A DNA stretch of 29,193 bases from a virus (Duplodnaviria; Caudoviricetes), in IMG/VR virus record IMGVR_UViG_3300035532_000265, positions 1 through 29,193 of that record. One strand, 5' to 3'. The first letter of the stretch is position 1. Every line of letters begins with the position of its first letter. Made by a program: the position numbers and the translations under genes. A model generated the notes under the pieces. The model worked only from the letters and a program-made list of their open reading frames with translations. It was not told the DNA's origin and did not search any database. Positions 8,471-16,971 of this stretch are shown here, piece after piece.

Positions 8471-9731
8471 TACTCTCCTCCTGGGATGTGTTGGTAACCT
8501 TGTCTGCGAATGCCCCTGCCCGAGAGAGGGGGAGCATGTTTCCGTTGATGAGGTAGAGGTTCCCTCCGTCCTCGTCGGTAATGAGATCCATGTCCTCCAG
8601 TGTTCGGATATCGTTGGCACTCATCCAACCGTTCTGGCGCGCGGTGGCATACCCGCCCATGCGGCTCTGGTAATCACCACGCAGCAGACCTTCGACGTTG
8701 AAGCGAAAGAAATGCGTCTGCTTCTCATCGGAGGCCAACAGTGCTCGCGAAAGCGCCTGCTCCCAGCGGATCACCCAGGGGTCGAGTGTGTACTTGACGA
8801 ACTCCAGGGACTGCTGCTCGATGTTGCTGAACGAGGACTTCTCCAGGTCCCCCACCATGTGAGGGGGGACGCGGAAGATGCGTGCGATCTCGTTGATCTG
8901 GAACTTGCGTGTCTGCAAAAACTGCGCCTGCTCGGGCGATATCGAGATGGGGGTGTATTTCATCCCCTCCTCGAGCACCGCAACCTTGTGCGAGTTGGAC
9001 GAGCCGCCGAATTGGCCCTGCCACGTATCGCGCAGGCGGGAAGGGTCCTTCACCGTTCCCGGGTGCTCCAGTACCCCGCTTGGGGCAGCCCCGTTGGCGA
9101 AAAACTTCGCCCCATACTCCTCACAGGCTATCGCCATACCGATGGCATTCTTTGCCATAGCAATCGGCGAGTAGCCCACCAACCCGTCAAAGCCCAGGCC
9201 CGGTATGTGCAGTACCTCTGAGGCGTCCAGTACCACCGAGTTTCCCTGCATGGTGGGAGCATCTTCGGCGCTGGTGGTGTATTGGTAGTAGAGCTTGCCA
9301 CTCTTGTCGCGGTCGACCTGCATGCGGTTGGGCATCAGCGGATAGAGCGCGGCAACCTGGCCCTTGCCGTTTCGGATGATCTGCGCATACGCATTGCCCC
9401 AGAGCAGCAGGTGGGTCATCAGCGTCTCGCGGAACACGAAGCTGGTCATCTCCGCATTGGGCTCGCTGTGCAGCAGGGTGTACAGCGGATGATCCTTGGC
9501 CTTGTGTTTGCTCGAGTCATCGTCGTGACGGTAGAGGTGAAGAGGCAGCCCTGCGATCGCCTCGGCGAGGATTCGCACGCATGCATAGACTGCGGTCATC
9601 TGCATCGACGATCGTTCGTTCACCGCCTTGCCGGATGTCGATCCTCCGAAGAGAAAACTGTATGAGGACCCGCTGGTCCTGTTTTGCGGCTTGTCACGCG
9701 TTCTGGTGACAAGCTTGGATATGAGTCCCAT
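8403..9731 (-). CDS. Portal protein, HK97 family
   Basis: AVYACVRILAEAIAGLPL, LLLWGNAYA, GYSPI, FANGAAP, IARIFRVPPHMVG motifs. Confidence 0.96.
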   Translation of the reverse strand: MGLISKLVTRTRDKPQNRTSGSSYSFLFGGSTSGKAVNERSSMQMTAVYACVRILAEAIAGLPLHLYRHDDDSSKHKAKDHPLYTLLHSEPNAEMTSFVFRETLMTHLLLWGNAYAQIIRNGKGQVAALYPLMPNRMQVDRDKSGKLYYQYTTSAEDAPTMQGNSVVLDASEVLHIPGLGFDGLVGYSPIAMAKNAIGMAIACEEYGAKFFANGAAPSGVLEHPGTVKDPSRLRDTWQGQFGGSSNSHKVAVLEEGMKYTPISISPEQAQFLQTRKFQINEIARIFRVPPHMVGDLEKSSFSNIEQQSLEFVKYTLDPWVIRWEQALSRALLASDEKQTHFFRFNVEGLLRGDYQSRMGGYATARQNGWMSANDIRTLEDMDLITDEDGGNLYLINGNMLPLSRAGAFADKVTNTSQEESNEEQEVLAMEKPERRRRQSENP

Positions 9732-9749
9732 ATGTGTATCTCCTGATTC

Positions 9750-11351
9750 CTAGATAAAGAGGATGCCTCGGTCCTCGTAGACCGATTCGCGCACTTCGTT
9801 GCCACACCTGATCGCCCGATCCAGTGCCATGATTGTGGCAACCGCGCCGTCGATCTTCTCGGTGGACTTCTGCTTGTCGGGCTTGATGTTTCCAGCCGGA
9901 TCGGTGCGGATGAAAATGTTGTCCATCATCCAGCGGAGCACCGGATGTCCCGCATGTGCTATGCTCTGCCCCAATACCAGCTTCATCAGCTCCTTGGTCG
10001 GGGGGCTCATATCTTTGAATCCCTGTCCGAAGGGCACCACTGTGTAGCCCATGCCCTCAAGGTTCTGCACCATCTGCACCGCTCCCCAACGGTCGAACGC
10101 GATCTCCCGGATGTTGTATCTCTTGCCGAGCTCGCCGATGAAGGCCTCGATGAAGCCGTAGTGGACCACGTTGCCTTCGGTGGTCTGTACATGGCCGGTT
10201 CGTTCCCATACGTCGTAGGGCACATGATCACGCCTCACACGCAGGCCCAGGCTGTCCTCGGGTATCCAGAACCAGGGAAGGATCACGAATTTGTCCTGCT
10301 CATTCCTGGGTGGGAATACGAGCACGAACGCAGTGATATCGGTGGTCGACGAGAGATCCAGTCCGCCGTAACAGACCCTGCCCTCGAGCTCCTCGGCATC
10401 GACGGGGAAGTTGCACAGGTCCCATTTCTCCATCGGCATCCAGCGTACCGCCTGCTTGACCCATTGGTTGAGCCTGAGCTGACGGAACACGTTCTCCTCG
10501 CCCGGGTTCTGCCTCGCGCTGTCACAGGCCGCCTTCACCTTCTCGAGGGTGATGGTATGCCCAAGCGACGGGTTGGCTTTCTTCCATGTCTTTGCATCGG
10601 TCCAGTCGTCGTCCTCCTCCGAGCCGTAGATCAGCGGGTAGAAGGTCTTGTCGTGTTTGCGACCTTCGATGATGTCCTTGGCCTTCTGGTGCTGCTCGTA
10701 GCAGATGGAGTGCTGGTCGGTGCCTGCGGTGGTGATCAGAAAGAACAGCGGCTGGGCCCTGGCATCGCCCGAGCCCTTGGTCATGACATCGAAGAGCTTG
10801 CGGTTGGGCTGGGTGTGCAGTTCGTCGAAGACCACCCCATGGATATTGAATCCGTGCTTGGAGTAGGCTTCGGCGCTCAGCACCTGATAAAAGCTGTTGG
10901 TCGGCAGGTACACGATGCGCTTGGTGGCGGCGAGGATCTTGACGCGTCGATTCAGCGAGGGACACATGCGTACCATGTCCGCTGCCACCTCGAAGACGAT
11001 CGATGCCTGCTGCCGGTCGGCTGCACACCCGTAGACCTCGGCGCGTTCCTCGAAGTCTCCACAGGTCAGCAGCAGTGCCACCGCGGCGGCGAGCTCGCTC
11101 TTGCCGTTCTTCTTGGGGATCTCGATGTAGGCGGTGTTGAACTGCCGATATCCATCGGTCTTGACGATACCGAACAGGTCGCGGATGATTCTCTCCTGCC
11201 AGGGAAGCAGCTTGAAGGGCTTTCCAGCCCAAACCCCCTTGGTGTGGCAGAGGCATTCGATGAACCCAACTGCACGGTCGGCCAGGGTCTTGTCGTAGGT
11301 TGATTCCTTTGCCATGAAGGATGTAGGGGTGTATTTCTTCGGTTTCGGCAT
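9750..11351 (-). CDS. terL: Terminase large subunit
   Basis: LLPWQ, Walker A IPKKNGKSE, Walker B VVFDELH, ITTAG coupling motif, GGLDLS and KIDGAVA nuclease motifs. Confidence 0.97.
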   Translation of the reverse strand: MPKPKKYTPTSFMAKESTYDKTLADRAVGFIECLCHTKGVWAGKPFKLLPWQERIIRDLFGIVKTDGYRQFNTAYIEIPKKNGKSELAAAVALLLTCGDFEERAEVYGCAADRQQASIVFEVAADMVRMCPSLNRRVKILAATKRIVYLPTNSFYQVLSAEAYSKHGFNIHGVVFDELHTQPNRKLFDVMTKGSGDARAQPLFFLITTAGTDQHSICYEQHQKAKDIIEGRKHDKTFYPLIYGSEEDDDWTDAKTWKKANPSLGHTITLEKVKAACDSARQNPGEENVFRQLRLNQWVKQAVRWMPMEKWDLCNFPVDAEELEGRVCYGGLDLSSTTDITAFVLVFPPRNEQDKFVILPWFWIPEDSLGLRVRRDHVPYDVWERTGHVQTTEGNVVHYGFIEAFIGELGKRYNIREIAFDRWGAVQMVQNLEGMGYTVVPFGQGFKDMSPPTKELMKLVLGQSIAHAGHPVLRWMMDNIFIRTDPAGNIKPDKQKSTEKIDGAVATIMALDRAIRCGNEVRESVYEDRGILFI

Positions 11352-11373
11352 AACTTATTTCATTCCTCAGGGC

Positions 11374-11402
11374 AAACAAAAAGGACCCGGTGTGGGTCCC
11401 TT
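11374..11402 (-). terminator. Intrinsic terminator-like hairpin immediately upstream of terL
   Basis: Minus strand AGGGACCC-ACACC-GGGTCCTT-TTTGTTTG. Confidence 0.6.
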
Positions 11403-11422
11403 CAAGTGGTGGGTGCTTGTTG

Positions 11423-11647
11423 TCAGTTGTATGTTTTCTTCAGGCTCTCAAGGGCCTGCCTGGTATCAGTGTCACGAGGCCTGATGTCCCAGCCGCGGTC
11501 GTAGTTGCATACGACGTTGCCATTCCTCTTGAGCATCAGCTTGGAGATCCTTCCCTCGTCGATCCCGTATTCCGAACCCTCCCCGTACACCTTGATGCAG
11601 TACCTGAAAACGCTCTTCCCGATCTCCACAGTTCCTTCTCTCCACAT
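11423..11647 (-). CDS. Small conserved prophage protein (GIDEGRISKL...YDRGWD)
   Basis: 74 aa, ATG 11647 with RBS GGAGG; motif recurs in terminase-region cargo of Firmicutes-type prophages. Confidence 0.75.
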   Translation of the reverse strand: MWREGTVEIGKSVFRYCIKVYGEGSEYGIDEGRISKLMLKRNGNVVCNYDRGWDIRPRDTDTRQALESLKKTYN

Positions 11648-11675
11648 GCTCTTGCCTCCGTGTCCGTTTTGTTGG

Positions 11676-11717
11676 TGTATATATCCCTCAAATCGGAAAC
11701 TATAGCAACTGTATATA
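11676..11717 (-). promoter_or_regulatory. Repeated promoter-like motif, copy 1
   Basis: TATATACAGTTGCTATAGTTTCCGATTTGAGGGATATATACA; 32/42 identical without gaps to 13425-13466. Confidence 0.6.
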
Positions 11718-11783
11718 GGGAAGAAATTTGAATATAGACACAATTGGTTTTTAGGTTTCTCGGCGGTAGGAGGGGATTCCCTG

Positions 11784-11963
11784 TCAGCCTTCGCCGGTGA
11801 GTATGAAGTGAGCGTATTCCCTTGAGTTGTCCCCATCAAGGTAGTCGACAAGTTCCATAAGTCCCATCTGGGAGGCGATCCACTGGACCGCCCCCGTGTT
11901 GAACATGTTCGTCAGACCGCTGTCACGTACCTTCAGGATCTGGTCCTTGATCTGCTCAGTCAT
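11784..11963 (-). CDS. DUF5049-like small protein
   Basis: MTEQIKDQILKVRDSGLTNMF...YAHFILTGE, 59 aa, start overlaps the GGCT stop. Confidence 0.75.
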   Translation of the reverse strand: MTEQIKDQILKVRDSGLTNMFNTGAVQWIASQMGLMELVDYLDGDNSREYAHFILTGEG

Positions 11964-12402
11964 CGCCGGCCTCCATCGATTCCATAACCGCCTGCTTGAG
12001 GATATCCTCATCGAAGCCGCAGTCGTAGTAACCATCAAGGATGGTCGAGTAATAGTATGCATCCGGCATAGCCAGCGGAGGTCCTTCGTTCATGACGTAG
12101 GCCATCGCCACCAGCTCATCACCGTCCAGATTCACCATCAGTTTCTTCTTTCGATACAGATGGGGGTGACCTTCGTAGCGGTCCAAGGCCTTCTCGCACT
12201 TCTCGGTGATCTGCCAAAGGAGCACCGGAACCCTTGCACCCCGTTTCATCTCGATGGTGGCCACTCCAGTATGTCGGCCTCCCCTAAACAACAGCTGATA
12301 ATCGTGCAGTACCGTTGTGCCGATGACTGCGGCATCGGGGCATCGCTCTCCCATCTGTTCGAGGTTCAGGTTGCTTCCATAGGCCAGGTAGACTTTCTTC
12401 AT
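11956..12402 (-). CDS. Gamma-glutamylcyclotransferase (AIG2-like) family protein
   Basis: YLAYGSNL and LDRYEG signature motifs. Confidence 0.92.
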   Translation of the reverse strand: MKKVYLAYGSNLNLEQMGERCPDAAVIGTTVLHDYQLLFRGGRHTGVATIEMKRGARVPVLLWQITEKCEKALDRYEGHPHLYRKKKLMVNLDGDELVAMAYVMNEGPPLAMPDAYYYSTILDGYYDCGFDEDILKQAVMESMEAGDD

Positions 12403-12482
12403 CGTTGTTACACTCCTTCACTTGGTCTTCTACCACCCCAAGGGCGGTCGTCCCGCCCTCAGAGCCTTGTCAGGTCGCCCCT

Positions 12483-13388
12483 TTAGGCGGCAACACGCCG
12501 TCTCCATGCCGCTGAGCCGGTGAGGCGCTTGGTCAGGTGCTCGCGGCAGGAGCGGAACTCGTCGCCGATGAAGCCGATGCGGTTGAGGTAGGTGCGCATC
12601 GCGAACTTCTCGTTCTCGGCCTGGGGCTTCCTGGTGCTCGCCGAGCTTTGTGTGAGCGCCTGGGTGTTCAGCGCAAGGGCAAGGACGATGTAGCTTCTGA
12701 CCTCTCCGGCATGGAGGGTGCTGTTGAAACCGCGTAGCTCGACGGTCTTGTGGCCGTGGAAGAAAGAGTGCAGGTTCAAGAAATGGTAGCGGCTTTCGTG
12801 GTAGTGAGCATCCCGGTTTCCCCGGTAGCCTTCGTACCAGATGCTCTCGATCTTGGCGAAGGTGGTCGGCTTGGCGCGGTTCATGGTTGCCACAAGGTGC
12901 TCGTCCATCCTCTTGCAGTAGCGTGCCCGGTTGGCTTCTATGCCGAGGGCCTTGTAGAACAGGTCGTTTCGGGAATGGATGATGTTCACGAAGTTTCTGA
13001 TCGAGCGCGGTGTGTGGTCCTGCCCATCGAGGTGGATGTGGATGCCGCAGGAGCTGTTGGTGAAGGCCCCGGCCTTTCTCAGTGTCCTGATGACCTCCTG
13101 CAGGTTCTCGATGTCCTCTTCGTAGGTGAGGATCGGGCTGACCAGCTCGACGCTGTAGAGCCGGGAGGCGCTTTCCTTGATCCTGCCCCGCTTGGTTTCG
13201 CATCTGATGCTGCCATCGTAGGTGAATTTCCATTTCCTTCCGTCGTAGGTCTTCAGCTCATAGGTGTCGTAGTAGGAACCACCGTAGAGCAGCTCTCCGC
13301 CGAGCACCGTCTGTGCAGCCTGTGCTGCCTCCCTGCGGGTGATGCCTGTCATCTCGATCTCGATTCCGAACCGTGTTGTCTTTTCCAT
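12483..13388 (-). CDS. Putative amidoligase (COOH-NH2 ligase, Amidoligase_2 type)
   Basis: FGIEIE, DGSI, ELVSPIL, SCGIHIH, RY..LN, TVELR motifs. ATG 13388 with RBS AGAGGT. Confidence 0.9.
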   Translation of the reverse strand: MEKTTRFGIEIEMTGITRREAAQAAQTVLGGELLYGGSYYDTYELKTYDGRKWKFTYDGSIRCETKRGRIKESASRLYSVELVSPILTYEEDIENLQEVIRTLRKAGAFTNSSCGIHIHLDGQDHTPRSIRNFVNIIHSRNDLFYKALGIEANRARYCKRMDEHLVATMNRAKPTTFAKIESIWYEGYRGNRDAHYHESRYHFLNLHSFFHGHKTVELRGFNSTLHAGEVRSYIVLALALNTQALTQSSASTRKPQAENEKFAMRTYLNRIGFIGDEFRSCREHLTKRLTGSAAWRRRVAA

Positions 13389-13424
13389 GCCGTCTACCTC
13401 TCTTTGGTGTGTTTTTCTTCGTAC

Positions 13425-13466
13425 TGTAGTAATCACTCAAAGAGGGATATATAGCAAGTGTATATA
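13425..13466 (-). promoter_or_regulatory. Repeated promoter-like motif, copy 2
   Basis: TATATACACTTGCTATATATCCCTCTTTGAGTGATTACTACA, upstream of the amidoligase. Confidence 0.6.
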
Positions 13467-13535
13467 TGCAAATAAGATACACTAATTTTATATTATGAAT
13501 GGATCGAATTTTTGTTGCCTTTTTGCGGACCCCGT

Positions 13536-14345
13536 ATGACAATGCATGAGGTTTCCAACCCGGATTCCATACCAGAAACAACCAAGGAGATCCTCTTGAG
13601 CAACACCAATTCGATATTCACGATGCATGATGTGCCCGTTTTCAGGGCACTGGACAGTGTCAGCATGAAAACCTTCCAGCTCCTCATGGGCTGCGGTACG
13701 ATCGACCCGGTCAATCCATCGCTCTTCGTGCTGGGCCTTGGAGAGACCGAACACCTGTATGAGGCTGAAATGCTCGTCCTGGAACTGAGCCCGCATTCAG
13801 TGCGAGTGATGGAGGTCGGCAAGGCAGCCCTGGGTGATCTTCCTACCTTCGAGATGAACCTCGAGCCTCTGTTCGCCCTGATGGGACAGGCCTGTCCGTC
13901 CCTGCTGCTCTCGCCTACGATGCTGCCTCCGATGATCGTGGAGAAGCTGTACCATCTGTACTTCCGTTCACGAAACGACGGCTGGCGGCTCCTTGAGGGT
14001 GTGAGATGCTATCCGGGTAACCCGTTCAAACGAGTGAGAAGAGAGCTTGGGGCACGATACAATGCCTCCGGCCCATTGAAGGACCGAAGGCTGGAAAGAG
14101 ATGAGGCAACGGAACTGGCATCGCTGTTGCTTGAAAAAAGGACCAGCGATATGGAATGGAAGACCTTCATCCTTTCATGGGGCGACGCCGCCAGCAATGC
14201 ACTTGATGAGGATCCGTCGACCCTTGTCATGAGCCTTGAGGATTTCCTTTCCCTTTACGACGACCTTCAGGAAACCTGCCGTCTCAAGTGGAAAAGGCAC
14301 ACTAGAAGATCTTATGCCGGGGGATCTCCTCACCCGGTTTCCTGA
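13536..14345 (+). CDS. Hypothetical protein (only plus-strand gene in the prophage)
   Basis: About 270 codons with coding-like codon use and no competing long minus-strand ORF. Start uncertain (13512, 13536 or 13542). No recognised motif. Confidence 0.7.
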   Translation: MTMHEVSNPDSIPETTKEILLSNTNSIFTMHDVPVFRALDSVSMKTFQLLMGCGTIDPVNPSLFVLGLGETEHLYEAEMLVLELSPHSVRVMEVGKAALGDLPTFEMNLEPLFALMGQACPSLLLSPTMLPPMIVEKLYHLYFRSRNDGWRLLEGVRCYPGNPFKRVRRELGARYNASGPLKDRRLERDEATELASLLLEKRTSDMEWKTFILSWGDAASNALDEDPSTLVMSLEDFLSLYDDLQETCRLKWKRHTRRSYAGGSPHPVS

Positions 14346-14550
14346 CCATGTCGACACCCGGCACCACACCCAGTGTCGAGCCGGTCTCCCAGGCAACGTG
14401 CATGGTCCCAATGTCGTCCACCTGGATCACGACTCCCTTGGTCCCCTTGGGTGGGGCTTGCTCGTCATCCATGTGCACCAGCTCAACCGTACATCCCTTT
14501 GGGTATTGGAGTTTGAGTACCTCAATTCGTTTCTTGTTCATCTCATCCAT
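14302..14550 (-). CDS. DUF4314 family protein
   Basis: YPKGCTVELVHMDDEQAPPKGTKGVVIQVDDIGTMHVAWETGSTLGVVPGVD pattern; RBS AGGAGG. Confidence 0.85.
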   Translation of the reverse strand: MDEMNKKRIEVLKLQYPKGCTVELVHMDDEQAPPKGTKGVVIQVDDIGTMHVAWETGSTLGVVPGVDMVRKPGEEIPRHKIF

Positions 14551-14571
14551 GGTGTACCCTCCTTGTCAGGC

Positions 14572-14606
14572 TGCATTGATTGCCTAGGTTTCCGCTAATA
14601 GCAAGT
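14572..14606 (-). promoter_or_regulatory. Repeated promoter-like motif, copy 3 (degenerate)
   Basis: ACTTGCTAT...ATCAATGCA with the same spacing as copies 1 and 2, upstream of DUF4314. Confidence 0.4.
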
Positions 14607-14614
14607 CCCATACC

Positions 14615-14977
14615 CTAAGGTTTTGACAACGCCTCCAAGATAAGGCCGATCTGGCGCAGGTATTGCTCGTAGCGGTGAGCGAAAAGCGGAAGTTCGTTCT
14701 CCCCGTAGTCCAGAAGCTTGTCGGCATCCGTTTCCGATATGCAGTACAATCCATTCTGGTATGTCCAGTTCAGGGTGGGGAAGGCCGGGATCGTCGGAGC
14801 CTCGGGTGCCATCGAGACCAGAACCTGGCGATATGGGTCATTCTCCTGTCCTGTTGGCACGCTCGTGCAGCCGGTTGAGACGATCAATGCGAGCAGCAGC
14901 ATCACCGCTTTCAGGAGGTTCGATCTTTTCAGGCGGTTTTTCTTGGGTGATGGTGGTGATCTTCTGCTGTACTTCAT
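14615..14977 (-). CDS. Lipoprotein, o-spanin (Rz1-like) candidate
   Basis: Basic n-region, hydrophobic h-region, IVSTG-C lipobox, Pro-rich APEAPTIPAFP. Starts 140 nt inside the upstream gene in another frame with its own GGAG RBS. Confidence 0.65.
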   Translation of the reverse strand: MKYSRRSPPSPKKNRLKRSNLLKAVMLLLALIVSTGCTSVPTGQENDPYRQVLVSMAPEAPTIPAFPTLNWTYQNGLYCISETDADKLLDYGENELPLFAHRYEQYLRQIGLILEALSKP

Positions 14978-15128
14978 CGATCTTCTCCAATTCCTGTTCT
15001 CGTTTCTTCACCGTAAATTGGGCTTGCTGGATATCCTTTTTCAGGTCCTTGGTCTTGTGTGCCTGCAATCGTGTGATCCCCAGCAACCCCAGGATGATGA
15101 GGATCAGCATCTGCATGATTTCATTCAT
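14838..15128 (-). CDS. i-spanin (Rz-like) candidate
   Basis: Single N-terminal TM helix, then a charged coiled coil, Pro linker and C-terminal helix. Confidence 0.62.
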   Translation of the reverse strand: MNEIMQMLILIILGLLGITRLQAHKTKDLKKDIQQAQFTVKKREQELEKIDEVQQKITTITQEKPPEKIEPPESGDAAARIDRLNRLHERANRTGE

Positions 15129-15432
15129 CGGCTTTTCTCTCCATAAACTTTTTGACCAGTGGTTTCCAGAATGCCATGCACGCAGGAAGCTGCAGCAGGT
15201 AGATCACAATGGTGTACAGGACCACCAGGTATGGCGTGGGGTTCAGGCCGCCGTCCATGCCGGTCCCCGCAACGATGCGGAATGTCACATACCCCAGGAG
15301 CGCCGAGCAGGCGAGGGCGACCAGCTTGATCTCGTTCTCGCTTGCCCTGTCACGGCGAAGGCTTTTCTTGTAGAGCTCCATCACCAAGCCTAAAAAGGCG
15401 GCGAAGGCAAGTAATATGGCACTGAGGATCAT
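15121..15432 (-). CDS. Holin candidate (3 TM, charged C-terminus)
   Basis: 103 aa, three hydrophobic segments, KKFMERKADE tail, translationally coupled to both neighbours. Confidence 0.55.
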   Translation of the reverse strand: MILSAILLAFAAFLGLVMELYKKSLRRDRASENEIKLVALACSALLGYVTFRIVAGTGMDGGLNPTPYLVVLYTIVIYLLQLPACMAFWKPLVKKFMERKADE

Positions 15433-15734
15433 GTATGCTCCCCCTTGCTACCAAGCAGCGACAGAAAGTAATCGTCCATCTTCTTTTCCTGCTCCTCGGA
15501 TTCTCCATTGATCTCATGGGTCCTAAGCGACTTGAAGATGACCTTGTCGTTCTCCAGTGCCATGACCAAGCCCATCTGGATCTTGGTGATGGTGGTCTTG
15601 ATTTCCTTAAGGTCCTTCGCATAGCCGTGGCGGTCGTCGCTCCGTTTTGCCAGTCGGTTGAGCAGCCACAGCACGATGCCTCCCGATCCGAACAGGCATA
15701 CCGCGAGAGTGGTGATCAGGGTGATTTCATCCAT
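15429..15734 (-). CDS. Single-TM coiled-coil protein (holin/antiholin or XhlA-like)
   Basis: ATG 15734, 101 aa: LAVCLFGSGGIVLWLL TM followed by a charged helix. Confidence 0.5.
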   Translation of the reverse strand: MDEITLITTLAVCLFGSGGIVLWLLNRLAKRSDDRHGYAKDLKEIKTTITKIQMGLVMALENDKVIFKSLRTHEINGESEEQEKKMDDYFLSLLGSKGEHT

Positions 15735-16971
15735 CCTGTGCCCCCTCGGTGGCGACTTCCTCGTAGGAGTAATCCAGTCCGTCGCGCTGCACGATGACCC
15801 CGGCTGAGGATCCGACAAGCTCGATATAGCGTTTGACGATGACGTCGCAATACTTCTCATCCAGCTCGATGGTGGCACAGCTCCGTTCGGTCTGCTCACA
15901 GGCGACGAGGGTGCTGCCGCTACCGCCGAACGGGTCGAGCACCAGCGTGTTGCTCATCGAGGAGTTCATGATCGGGTAGGCCAGGAGGGCCACCGGTTTC
16001 ATGGTAGGGTGTTCGCCGTTCTTCTTGGGTTTGTCGAATTCCCAGATGGTCGATTCCTTACGCCCGGTGTACCACAGGTGCTTGCCTTTCTTCTTCCATC
16101 CGAAGAGCACCGGCTCGTGCTGCCACTGGTAGGGCGAGCGGCCGAGCACCAGCGACTGCTTTTTCCAGATGCAGGTGCCCGAAAGGTAGAAGCCCGCCTC
16201 GCTGAATGCCTTGCGGAAGTTCAGCCCCTCAGTATCGGCATGGAACACGTAGATGGAAGCGTCGTCGGCCATATGATTTGCCGTGTTGGTGAAGGCATCG
16301 AGCAGGAACTGCAGAAAAGCATCGCCTGCCATATTGTCGTTCTTGATCTTGCCGGCCGAGCCCTCGTAATTGACGTTGTACGGCGGGTCGGTGACCACCA
16401 GGTTCGCCTTGGCACCTGCCATCAGCAGCTCGAAAGTCTCGGCCTTGGTGCTGTCACCACATACCAGGCGATGTTTACCCAGTTTCCATAGGTCCCCACT
16501 CTTGGTGAGCGCGGGCTTTTCCAGTTCTGCTTCCACGTCGAAGTCGTCGTCGTGCACGCCCTCGGCTAGCGAGTCCTTGAACAGGTCGTCGATCTCGGTC
16601 GGGTCGAAGCCGGTGAGCGATACGTCGAACTCCAGTCCCTGCAGATCGGTGATGAGCAAGGCCAGCTTGTCCTTGTCCCACTCGCCGCTGATCTTGTTCA
16701 GCGCGATGTTGAGGGCCTTCTCCTTGTCCTCGGAGAGATCCACGACCACGCACTCAAGTTCGGTATGACCCGCGTCCCTGAGAATTTTCAACCTCTGGTG
16801 GCCCCCTACGACCCGGCCGGTGGTCCTGTTCCAGATCACCGGCTCCACATAGCCGAACTGCTCGATGGAGCGCTTGAGCTTCTCATACTCGGCATCGCCG
16901 CTCTTGAGGTCCTTGCGCGGGTTGTAGTCAGCAGGTAGCAACTCATCGATGTGTTTCTGTTCAATGGTCAT
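15727..16971 (-). CDS. ParB-like N-terminal domain fused to an N6-adenine/N4-cytosine DNA methyltransferase (beta order)
   Basis: PADYNPR, FGYVEPVI, VVGGHQRL (ParB); TDPPYN catalytic motif precedes HPTMKP and LDPFGGSGST SAM-binding motif. Confidence 0.93.
   Translation of the reverse strand: MTIEQKHIDELLPADYNPRKDLKSGDAEYEKLKRSIEQFGYVEPVIWNRTTGRVVGGHQRLKILRDAGHTELECVVVDLSEDKEKALNIALNKISGEWDKDKLALLITDLQGLEFDVSLTGFDPTEIDDLFKDSLAEGVHDDDFDVEAELEKPALTKSGDLWKLGKHRLVCGDSTKAETFELLMAGAKANLVVTDPPYNVNYEGSAGKIKNDNMAGDAFLQFLLDAFTNTANHMADDASIYVFHADTEGLNFRKAFSEAGFYLSGTCIWKKQSLVLGRSPYQWQHEPVLFGWKKKGKHLWYTGRKESTIWEFDKPKKNGEHPTMKPVALLAYPIMNSSMSNTLVLDPFGGSGSTLVACEQTERSCATIELDEKYCDVIVKRYIELVGSSAGVIVQRDGLDYSYEEVATEGAQDG

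Noticed and set aside
300-11303. Long plus-strand ORFs (300-1427, 1860-2861, 7326-8036, 8259-9221, 9945-11303)
   Set aside because: Antisense shadows of well-supported GC-rich minus-strand genes; no motifs of their own.
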